DNA from: Eledone cirrhosa
Taxonomy: Eukaryota
Length of the DNA stretch: 64,000 bases
Direction: 5' to 3'
NCBI GenBank assembly: GCA_964016885.1
Contig: OZ024744.1
Location: 12,090,001 to 12,154,000 of the forward strand
Position numbers and translations under genes: made by a program. Of the stretch, positions 1-13,500 are shown piece after piece; position 1 is the stretch's first letter; each line of letters opens with the position of its first letter. The notes beneath the pieces were generated by a model. It searched no databases. It had not been told where the DNA came from and was given only the letters and a program-made list of their open reading frames with translations.

Positions 1-2119
1 CATCTAATGACGGTCTATAACATAAAACATTCTATTTGACCATCTAATGACTGTCCATAACATAAAACATTCTATGTGACCATCTAATGACTGTCTATAA
101 CATAAAACATTCTATTTGTCCTTTTAATGACTGTCTATAACATAGAACATTCTATTTGTCCATCTAATGACTGTCTATAACATAGAACATTCTATTTGTC
201 CATCTAATGACTGTCTATAACATAGAACATTCTATGTGACCATCTAATGACTATCTATAACATAATACATTCTATTTGTCCATCTAATGACTGTCTATAA
301 CATGAAACATTCTATTTGTCCATCTAATGACGGTCTATAACATTAAACATTCTATTTCACCATCTAATGACTGTCTATAGCATAAAACATTCTATTTGAC
401 AATCTAATGATTGTCAATAACATAAAACATTCTATTTGACCATCTAACGACTGTCTATAACATAAAACATTCTATTTGACCATCTAATGACGATCTATAA
501 CATAAAACATTCTATTTGACCATCTAATGACGGTCTATAACATAAAACATTCTAATTGACCATCTAATGACTCTCTATAACATAAAACATTCTATTTGAC
601 CATCTAATGACTGTCTATAACATAAAACAATCTATGTGACCATCTAATGACAGTCTATAACATAAAACATTCTATTTGACCATCAAATGACTGTCTATAA
701 CATAAAACATTCTATTTGACCGTCTAATGACTGTCTATAACATGAAGGATTCTATGTGACGATCTAATCACTGTCTATAACATGAAACATTCTATTTGTC
801 TATCTAATGACTGTCTATAACATGAAACATTCTATTTGTCCATCTAATGACGGTCTATAACATTAAACATTCTATTTCACCATCTAATGACTGTCTATAA
901 CATAACACATTCTATTTGACCATCTAATGACTGTCTAGAACGTAAAACATTCTATTTAACGATGTAATGACGGTATATAACATAACACATTCTATTTGTC
1001 CATCTAATGACGGTCTATAACATAAAACATTCTATGTGACCATCTAATGACATTCTATAACATAAAACATTCTATTTGTCCATCTAATGACTGTCTATAA
1101 CATAAAACATTCTATTTGTCTATCTAATCTCGGTCTATAACATAAAACATTCTATGTGACCATCTAATGACAGTCTATAACATAAAACATTCTATTTGAC
1201 CATCTAATGACTCTCTATAACATAAAACATTCTATTTGACCATCTAGTGAATGTCTATAACATAAAACATTCTATGTGACCATCTAATGACAGTCTATAA
1301 CATAAAACATTCTATTTGACCATCAAATGAATGTCTATAACATAAAACATTCTATTTGTCCATCTAATGACTGTCTATAACATGAAACATTCTATTTGTC
1401 CATCTAATGACGGTCTATAACATTAAACATTCTATTTCACCATCTAATGACTGTCTATAACATAAAACATTCTATTTGACAATCTAATGACTGTCTATAA
1501 CATACAACATTCTATTTGACCATCTAATGACTGTCTATAACATATAACATTCTATTTGACAAGCTAATGACTGTCTATAACATAAAACATTCTATTTGAC
1601 CATCTAATGACTGTCTATAACATAAAACATTCTATTTGACCATCTAATGACTATCTATAACATAGAACATTCTATCTGACAATCTAATGACAGTCTATAA
1701 CATAAAACAACTATTTGTCCATCTAATGACGGTCTATAACATAAAACATTCTACGTGACCATCTAATGACTCTCTATAACATAAAACATTCTATGTGACC
1801 ATCTAATGACTGTCTATGACATAAGACATTCTATTTGTCCATCTAATGACCGTCTATAACATAACACATTATATTTGTCCATCTAATGACTCTCTATAAC
1901 ATAAAACATTCTATTTGTCCATCTAATGACGGTCTATAACATAAAACATTCTATTTGTCCATCTAATGACGGTCTATAACATAAAACATTCTATTTGTCC
2001 ATCTAATGACGGTCTATAAAACAAAACATTCTATTTGACCATCTAATGACTCTATGACATAAAACATTATTTGTGTCCACCTAATGACTGTCTATAACAT
2101 AAAACATTCTATTTGTTCA

Positions 2120-4830
2120 TCTAATGACTGTCTATAAGATGAAAGATTCTATTTGTACATCTAATGACGGTCTATAACATGAAACATTCTATTTGTCCAC
2201 CTAATGACGGTCTATAACATGAAACATTCTATTTGACCATCTAATGACGGTCTATCACATAAAAAATTCTATTTGACCATCTAACAACTGTATATAATAT
2301 AAAACATTCTATTTGTCCAGCTAATGACGGTCTATAACATAAAACATTCTATTTGTCCTTTTAATGACTGTCTATAACATAGAACATTCTATTTGTCCAT
2401 CTAATGACTGTCTATAACATAGAACATTCTATTTGTCCATCTAATGACTGTCTATAACATAGAACATTCTATGTGACCATCTAATGACTATCTATAACAT
2501 AATACATTCTATTTGTCCATCTAATGACTGTCTATAACATGAAACATTCTATTTGTCCATCTAATGACGGTCTATAACATTAAACATTCTATTTCACCAT
2601 CTAATGACTGTCTATAGCATAAAACATTCTATTTGACAATCTAATGACTGTCTATAACATAAAACATTCTATTTGACCATCTAACGACTGTCTATAACAT
2701 AAAACATTCTATTTGACCATCTAATGACGATCTATAACATAAAACATTCTATTTGACCATCTAATGACGGTCTATAACATAAAACATTCTAATTGACCAA
2801 CTAATGTCTCTCTATAACATAAAACATTCTATTTGACCATCTAATGACTGTCTATAACATAAAACATTCTATGTGACCATCTAATGACAGTCTATAACAT
2901 AAAACATTCTATTTGACCATCAAATGACTGTCTATAACATAAAACATTCTATTTGACCATCTAATGACTGTCTATAACATGAAGGATTCTATGTGACGAT
3001 CTAATCACTGTCTATAACATGAAACATTCTATTTGTCTATCTAATGACTGTCTATAACATGAAACATTCTATTTGTCCATCTAATGACGGTCTATAACAT
3101 TAAACATTCTTTTTCACCATCTAATGACAGTCTATAACATAAAACATTCTAATTGACCATCGAATGTTGTCTATAACATAAGACATTCTATTTGACAATC
3201 TAATGACTGTCTATAACATAAAACATTCTATTTGACCATCTAATGACTATCTATAACATAAAACATTCTATTTGACAATCTAATGACTGTCTATAACATA
3301 AAACATTCTATTTGACCATCTAATGACAGTCTATAACATAAAACATTCTATTTGACCATCTAATGACTCTCTATAACATAAAACATTCTATTTGACCATC
3401 TAATGACTGTCTATAACATAGAACATTCTATGTGACCATCTAATGACTATCTATAACATAATACATTCTATTTGTCCATCTAATGACTGTCTATAAGATG
3501 AAAGATTCTATTTGTACATCTAATGACGGTCTATAACATGAAACATTCTATTTGTCCACCTAATGACGGTCTATAACATGAAACATTCTATTTGACCATC
3601 TAATGACGGTCTATCACATAAAAAATTCTATTTGACCATCTAACAACTGTATATAATATAAAACATTCTATTTGTCCAGCTAATGACGGTCTATAACATA
3701 AAACATTCTATTTGTCCTTTTAATGACTGTCTATAACATAGAACATTCTATTTGTCCATCTAATGACTGTCTATAACATAGAACATTCTATTTGTCCATC
3801 TAATGACTGTCTATAACATAGAACATTCTATGTGACCATCTAATGACTATCTATAACATAATACATTCTATTTGTCCATCTAATGACTGTCTATAACATG
3901 AAACATTCTATTTGTCCATCTAATGACGGTCTATAACATTAAACATTCTATTTCACCATCTAATGACTGTCTATAGCATAAAACATTCTATTTGACAATC
4001 TAATGACTGTCTATAACATAAAACATTCTATTTGACCATCTAACGACTGTCTATAACATAAAACATTCTATTTGACCATCTAATGACGATCTATAACATA
4101 AAACATTCTATTTGACCAACTAATGACGGTCTATAACATAAAACATTCTAATTGACCAACTAATGACTCTCTATAACATAAAACATTCTATTTGACCATC
4201 TAATGACTGTCTATAACATAAAACATTCTATGTGACCATCTAATGACAGTCTATAACATAAAACATTCTATTTGACCATCAAATGACTGTCTATAACATA
4301 AAACATTCTATTTGACCATCTAATGACTGTCTATAACATGAAGGATTCTATGTGACGATCTAATCACTGTCTATAACATGAAACATTCTATTTGTCTATC
4401 TAATGACTGTCTATAACATGAAACATTCTATTTGTCCATCTAATGACGGTCTATAACATTAAACATTCTTTTTCACCATCTAATGACAGTCTATAACATA
4501 AAACATTCTAATTGACCATCGAATGTTGTCTATAACATAAGACATTCTATTTGACAATCTAATGACTGTCTATAACATAAAACATTCTATTTGACCATCT
4601 AATGACTATCTATAACGTAAAACATTCTATTTGACAATCTAATGACTGTCTATAACATAAAACATTCTATTTGACCATCTAATGACAGTCTATAACATAA
4701 AACATTCTATTTGACCATCTAATGACTCTCTATAACATAAAACATTCTATTTGACCATCTAATGACTGTCTATAACATAGAACATTCTATGTGACCATCT
4801 AATGACTATCTATAACATAATACATTCTAT
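2120..4830. repeat. 1,359-bp (34-monomer) tandem duplication
   Basis: Three marker pairs are each 1,359 bp apart: AAGATGAAAGAT at 2138/3497, GAAGGAT at 2981/4340, and CGAATGTTGTC at 3161/4520. Confidence 0.85.
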
Positions 4831-7800
4831 TTGTCCATCTAATGACTGTCTATAACATGAAACATTCTATTTGTCCATCTAATGACGGTCTATAACATTA
4901 AACATTCTATTTCACCATCTAATGACTGTCTATAGCATAAAACATTCTATTTGACAATCTAATGACTGTCTATAACATAAAACATTCTATTTGACCATCT
5001 AACGACTGTCTATAACATAAAACATTCTATTTGACCATCTAATGACGATCTATAACATAGAACATTCTATTTGACCATCTAATGACGGTCTATAACATAA
5101 AACATTCTAATTGACCATCTAATGACTCTCTATAACATAAAACATTCTATTTGACCATCTAATGACTGTCTATAACATAAAACATTCTATGTGACCATCT
5201 AATGACAGTCTATAACATAAAACATTCTATTTGACCATCAAATGACTGTCTATAACATAAAACATTCTATTTGACCATCTAATGACTGTCTATAACATGA
5301 AGGATTCTATGTGACGATCTAATCACTGTCTATAACATGAAACATTCTATTTGTCTATCTAATGACTGTCTATAACATGAAACATTCTATTTGTCCATCT
5401 AATGACGGTCTATAACATTAAACATTCTATTTCACCATCTAATGACAGTCTATAACATAAAACATTCTAATTGACCATCGAATGTTGTCTATAACATAAG
5501 ACATTCTATTTGACAATCTAATGACTGTCTATAACATAAAACATTCTATTTGACCATCTAATGACTATCTATAACATAAAACATTCTATTTGTCCATCTA
5601 ATCTCGGTCTATAACATAAAACATTCTATGTGACCATCTAATGACAGTCTATAACATAAAACATTCTATTTGACCATCTAATGACTCTCTATAACATAAA
5701 ACATTCTATTTGACCATCTAATGACTGTCTATAACATAAAACATTCTATGTGACCATCTAATGACAGTCTATAACATAAAACATTCTATTTGACCATCAA
5801 ATGAATGTCTATAACATAAAACATTCTATTTGTCCATCTAATGACTGTCTATAACATGAAACATTCTATTTGTCCATCTAATGACGGTCTATAACATTAA
5901 ACATTCTATTTCACCATCTAATGACTGTCTATAACATAAAACATTCTATTTGACAATCTAATGACTGTCTATAACATACAACATTCTATTTGACCATCTA
6001 ATGACTGTCTATAACATAAAACATTCTATTTGACAAGCTAATGACTGTCTATAACATAAAACATTCTATTTGACCATCTAATGACTATCTATAACATAGA
6101 ACATTCTATTTGACAATCTAATGACAGTCTATAACATAAAACAACTATTTGTCCATCTAATGACGGTCTATAACATAAAACATTCTACGTGACCATCTAA
6201 TGACTCTCTATAACATAAAACATTCTATGTGACCATCTAATGACTGTCTATGACATAAGACATTCTATTTGTCCATCTAATGACCGTCTATAACATAACA
6301 CATTATATTTGTCCATCTAATGACTCTCTATAACATAAAACATTCTATTTGTCCATCTAATGACGGTCTATAACATAAAACATTCTATTTGTCCATCTAA
6401 TGACGGTCTATAACATAAAACATTCTATTTGTCCATCTAATGACGGTCTATAAAACAAAACATTCTATTTGACCATCTAATGACTCTCTATGACATAAAA
6501 CATTATTTGTGTCCACCTAATGACTGTCTATAACATAAAACATTCTATTTGTCCATCTAATGACTGTCTATAAGATGAAAGATTCTATTTGTACATCTAA
6601 TGACGGTCTATAACATGAAACATTCTATTTGTCCACCTAATGACGGTCTATAACATGAAACATTCTATTTGACCATCTAATGACGGTCTATCACATAAAA
6701 AATTCTATTTGACCATCTAATAACTGTATATAATATAAAACATTCTATTCGTCCAGCTAATGACGGTCTATAACATAAAACATTCTATTTGTCCTTTTAA
6801 TGACTGTCTATAACATAGAACATTCTATTTGTCCATCTAATGACTGTCTATAACATAGAACATTCTATTTGTCCATCTAATGACTGTCTATAACATAGAA
6901 CATTCTATGTGACCATCTAATGACTATCTATAACATAATACATTCTATTTGTCCATCTAATGACTGTCTATAACATGAAACATTCTATTTGTCCATCTAA
7001 TGACGGTCTATAACATTAAACATTCTATTTCACCATCTAATGACTGTCTATAGCATAAAACATTCTATTTGACAATCTAATGACTGTCTATAACATAAAA
7101 CATTCTATTTGACCATCTAACGACTGTCTATAACATAAAACATTCTATTTGACCATCTAATGACGATCTATAACATAAAACATTCTATTTGACCATCTAA
7201 TGACGGTCTATAACATAAAACATTCTAATTGACCAACTAATGACTCTCTATAACATAAAACATTCTATTTGACCATCTAATGACTGTCTATAACATAAAA
7301 CATTCTATGTGACCATCTAATGACAGTCTATAACATAAAACATTCTATTTGACCATCAAATGACTGTCTATAACATAAAACATTCTATTTGACCATCTAA
7401 TGACTGTCTATAACATGAAGGATTCTATGTGACGATCTAATCACTGTCTATAACATGAAACATTCTATTTGTCTATCTAATGACTGTCTATAACATGAAA
7501 CATTCTATTTGTCCATCTAATGACGGTCTATAACATTAAACATTCTTTTTCACCATCTAATGACAGTCTATAACATAAAACATTCTAATTGACCATCGAA
7601 TGTTGTCTATAACGTAAGACATTCTATTTGACAATCTAATGACTGTCTATAACATAAAACATTCTATTTGACCATCTAATGACTATCTATAACGTAAAAC
7701 ATTCTATTTGACAATCTAATGACTGTCTATAACATAAAACATTCTATTTGACCATCTAATGACAGTCTATAACATAAAACATTCTATTTGACCATCTAAT

Positions 7801-10200
7801 GACTCTCTATAACATAAAACATTCTATTTGACCATCTAATGACTGTCTATAACATAGAACATTCTATGTGACCATCTAATGACTATCTATAACATAATAC
7901 ATTCTATTTGTCCATCTAATGACTGTCTATAACATGAAACATTCTATTTGTCCATCTAATGACGGTCTATAACATTAAACATTCTATTTCACCATCTAAT
8001 GACTGTCTATAGCATAAAACATTCTATTTGACAATCTAATGACTGTCTATAACATAAAACATTCTATTTGACCATCTAACGACTGTCTATAACATAAAAC
8101 ATTCTATTTGACCATCTAATGACGATCTATAACATAGAACATTCTATTTGACCATCTAATGACGGTCTATAACATAAAACATTCTAATTGACCATCTAAT
8201 GACTCTCTATAACATAAAACATTCTATTTGACCATCTAATGACTGTCTATAACATAAAACATTCTATGTGACCATCTAATGACAGTCTATAACATAAAAC
8301 ATTCTATTTGACCATCAAATGACTGTCTATAACATAAAACATTCTATTTGACCATCTAATGACTGTCTATAACATGAAGGATTCTATGTGACGATCTAAT
8401 CACTGTCTATAACATGAAACATTCTATTTGTCTATCTAATGACTGTCTATAACATGAAACATTCTATTTGTCCATCTAATGACGGTCTATAACATTAAAC
8501 ATTCTATTTCACCATCTAATGACAGTCTATAACATAAAACATTCTAATTGACCATCGAATGTTGTCTATAACATAAGACATTCTATTTGACAATCTAATG
8601 ACTGTCTATAACATAAAACATTCTATTTGACCATCTAATGACTATCTATAACATAAAACATTCTATTTGTCCATCTAATCTCGGTCTATAACATAAAACA
8701 TTCTATGTGACCATCTAATGACAGTCTATAACATAAAACATTCTATTTGACCATCTAATGACTCTCTATAACATAAAACATTCTATTTGACCATCTAATG
8801 ACTGTCTATAACATAAAACATTCTATGTGACCATCTAATGACAGTCTATAACATAAAACATTCTATTTGACCATCAAATGAATGTCTATAACATAAAACA
8901 TTCTATTTGTCCATCTAATGACTGTCTATAACATGAAACATTCTATTTGTCCATCTAATGACGGTCTATAACATTAAACATTCTATTTCACCATCTAATG
9001 ACTGTCTATAACATAAAACATTCTATTTGACAATCTAATGACTGTCTATAACATACAACATTCTATTTGACCATCTAATGACTGTCTATAACATAAAACA
9101 TTCTATTTGACAAGCTAATGACTGTCTATAACATAAAACATTCTATTTGACCATCTAATGACTATCTATAACATAGAACATTCTATTTGACAATCTAATG
9201 ACAGTCTATAACATAAAACAACTATGTGTCCATCTAATGACGGTCTATAACATAAAACATTCTACGTGACCATCTAATGACTCTCTATAACATAAAACAT
9301 TCTATGTGACCATCTAATGACTGTCTATGACATAAGACATTCTATTTGTCCATCTAATGACCGTCTATAACATAACACATTATATTTGTCCATCTAATGA
9401 CTCTCTATAACATAAAACATTCTATTTGTCCATCTAATGACGGTCTATAACATAAAACATTCTATTTGTCCATCTAATGACGGTCTATAACATAAAACAT
9501 TCTATTTGTCCATCTAATGACGGTCTATAAAACAAAACATTCTATTTGACCATCTAATGACTCTCTATGACATAAAACATTATTTGTGTCCACCTAATGA
9601 CTGTCTATAACATAAAACATTCTATTTGTCCATCTAATGACTGTCTATAAGATGAAAGATTCTATTTGTACATCTAATGACGGTCTATAACATGAAACAT
9701 TCTATTTGTCCACCTAATGACGGTCTATAACATGAAACATTCTATTTGACCATCTAATGACGGTCTATCACATAAAAAATTCTATTTGACCATCTAATAA
9801 CTGTATATAATATAAAACATTCTATTCGTCCAGCTAATGACGGTCTATAACATAAAACATTCTATTTGTCCTTTTAATGACTGTCTATAACATAGAACAT
9901 TCTATTTGTCCATCTAATGACTGTCTATAACATAGAACATTCTATTTGTCCATCTAATGACTGTCTATAACATAGAACATTCTATGTGACCATCTAATGA
10001 CTATCTATAACATAATACATTCTATTTGTCCATCTAATGACTGTCTATAACATGAAACATTCTATTTGTCCATCTAATGACGGTCTATAACATTAAACAT
10101 TCTATTTCACCATCTAATGACTGTCTATAGCATAAAACATTCTATTTGACAATCTAATGACTGTCTATAACATAAAACATTCTATTTGACCATCTAACGA
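3480..10200. repeat. 3,077-bp (77-monomer) higher-order repeat, ~2.2 copies, containing an internal 959-bp (24-monomer) duplication
   Basis: AAGATGAAAGAT occurs at 3497/6574/9651. GAAGGAT pairs are at 4340/7417 and 5299/8376, and CGAATGTTG pairs at 4520/7597 and 5479/8556. All offsets are 3,077 bp, and the within-unit offset is 959 bp. Confidence 0.88.
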
Positions 10201-11899
10201 CTGTCTATAACATAAAACATTCTAATTGACCATCTAATGACTCTCTATAACATAAAACATTCTATTTGACCATCTAATGACTGTCTATAACATAAAACAT
10301 TCTATGTGACCATCTAATGACAGTCTATAACATAAAACATTCTATTTGACCATCAAATGACTGTCTATAACATAAAACATTCTATTTGACCATCTAATGA
10401 CTGTCTATAACATGAAGGATTCTATTTGACAATCTAATGACTGTCTATAACATAAAACATTCTATTTGACCATCTAATGACTATCTATAACATAAAACAT
10501 TCTATTTGACAATCTAATGACTGTCTATAACATAAAACATTCTATTTGACCATCTAATGACTGTCTATAACATAACACATTCTATTTCACCATCTAATGA
10601 CTGTCTAGAACGTAAAACATTCTATTTAACGATGTAATGACGGTATATAACATAACACATTCTATTTGTCCATCTAATGACGGTCTATAACATAAAACAT
10701 TCTATGTGACCATCTAATGACATTCTATAACATAAAACATTCTATTTGTCCATCTAATGACTGTCTATAACATAAAACATTCTATTTGTCCATCTAATCT
10801 CGGTCTATAACATAAAACATTCTATGTGACCATCTAATGACAGTCTATAACATAAAACATTCTATTTGACCATCTAATGACTCTCTATAACATAAAACAT
10901 TCTATTTGACCATCTAATGACTGTCTATAACATAAAACATTCTATGTGACCATCTAATGACAGTCTATAATATAAAACATTCTATTTGACCATCAAATGA
11001 ATGTCTATAACATAAAACATTCTATTTGTCCATCTAATGACTGTCTATAACATGAAACATTCTATTTGTCCATCTAATGACGGTCTATAACATTAAACAT
11101 TCTATTTCACCATCTAATGACTGTCTATAACATAAAACATTCTATTTGACCATCTAATGACTATCTATAACATAGAACATTCTATTTGACAATCTAATGA
11201 CAGTCTATAACATAAAACAACTATTTGTCCATCTAATGACGGTCTATAATATAAAACATTCTACGTGACCATCTAATGACTCTCTATAACATAAAACATT
11301 CTATGTGACCATCTAATGACTGTCTATGACATAAGACATTCTATTTGTCCATCTAATGACCGTCTATAACATAACACATTATATTTGTCCATCTAATGAC
11401 TCTCTATAACATAAAACATTCTATTTGTCCATCTAATGACGGTCTATAACATAAAACATTCTATTTGTCCATCTAATGACGGTCTATAACATAAAACATT
11501 CTATTTGACCATCTAATGACTGTCTATAACATAAAACATTCTATGTGACCATCTAATGACTGTCTATAACATAAAACATTCTATTTGTCCATGTAATGAC
11601 TGTCTATAACATAAAACATTCTATTTGTCCATCTAATGACGGTCTATAACATGAAACATTCTATTTGACCATATAATGACTGTCTATAACATAAAACATT
11701 CTATGTGACTATCTAATGACGGTCTATAACATAAAACATCTATTTGTCCATCTAATAACGGTCTATAACATAAAACGTTCTATTTGTCCATCTAATCTCG
11801 GTCAATAACATAAAACATTCTATTTGACCATCTAATGACTCTCTATAACATAAAACATTCTATGTGACCATCTAATGACTGTCTATAACATAAAACATT

Positions 11900-13500
11900 C
11901 TATTTGACCATATAATGACTTTTATAACATAAACCATTCTATGTGACCATCTAATGACAGTCTATAACATAAAACATTCTATGTGACCATCTAATGACGG
12001 TCTATAACATAAAACATTCTATTTGTCCATCTAATGACTGTCTATAACATAAAATATACTATTTGTCCATCTAATGACGGTCTATAACATAAAACATTCT
12101 ATTTGACCATCTAATGACTCTCTATAACATAAAACATTCTATTTGATCATCTAATGACTGTCTATAACATGAAGGATTCTATGTGACGATCTAATCACTG
12201 TCTATAACATGAAACATTCTATTTGTCCATCTAATGACTGTCTATAACATGAAACATTCAATTTGTCCATCTAATGACGGTCTATAACATAAAACATTCT
12301 ATTTCACCATCTAATGACTGTCTATAACATAAAACATTCTATTTGACAATCTAATGACTGTCTATAACATAAAACATTCTAATTGACCATCGAATGACTG
12401 TCTATAACATAAGACATTCTATTTGACAATCTAATAACTGTCTATAACATAAAACATTCTATTTGACCATCTAATGACTGTCTATAACATAAAACATTCT
12501 ATGTGACCATCTAATGACAGTCTATAACATAAAACATTCTATTTGACCATCAAATGACTCTCTATAACATAAAACGTTCTATTTGACCATCTAATCACTG
12601 TCTTTAACATAAAACATTCTATTTGTCCATCTAATGACTGTCTATAACATAAACCATTCTATTTGTCCATCTAATGACGCTCTATAACATAAAACATTCT
12701 ATGTGACCATCTAATGACAGTCTATAACATAAAACATTCTATGTGACCATCTAATGACAGTCTATAACATAAAACATTCTATTTGACCATATAATGACTT
12801 TTATAACATAAAACATTTTATGTGACCATCTAATGACAGTCTATAACATAAAACATTCTATGTGACCATCTAATGACGGTCTATAACATAAAACATTCTA
12901 TTTGTCCATCTAATGACTGTCTATAACATAAAACATACTATTTGTCCATCTAATGACGGTCTATAACATAAAACATTCTATTTGACCATCTAATGACTCT
13001 CTATAACATAAAACATTCTATTTGACCATCTAATGACTGTCTATAACATGAAGGATTCTATGTGACGATCTAATCTCTGTCTATAACATGAAACATTCTA
13101 TTTGTCCATCTAATGACTGTCTATAACATGAAACGTTCAATTTGTCCATCTAATGACGGTCTATAACATAAAACATTCTATTTCACCATCTAATGACTGT
13201 CTATAACATAAAACATTCTATTTGACAATCTAATGACTGTCTATAACATAAAACATTCTAATTGACCATCGAATGACTGTCTATAACATAAGACATTCTA
13301 TTTGACAATCTAATGACTGTCTATAACATAAAACATTCTATTTGACCATCTAATCACTGTCTATAACATAAAAATTTCTATGTGACCATCTAATGACAGT
13401 CTATAACATAAAACATTCTATTTGACCATCAAATGACTGTCTATAACATAAAACGTTCTATTTGACCATCTAATCACTGTCTTTAACATAAAACATTCTA
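11900..13500. repeat. 879-bp (22-monomer) tandem duplication
   Basis: The 39-bp GACTTTTATAAC monomer occurs at 11919/12798 and GAAGGAT at 12171/13050, both with an offset of 879. Confidence 0.8.

Noticed and set aside
16-27. Promoter-like or transcription-factor motifs (TATAAC, TTGAC, TAATGA, CATAAAA, TGACC)
   Set aside because: Short AT-rich matches are expected by chance, and no gene or transcript evidence is available.
3480-10200. Multi-kb near-identical copies as pure assembly artefacts
   Set aside because: Copies carry private substitutions and whole-monomer gains or losses, which favours real duplications. Only reads could fully exclude an artefact.
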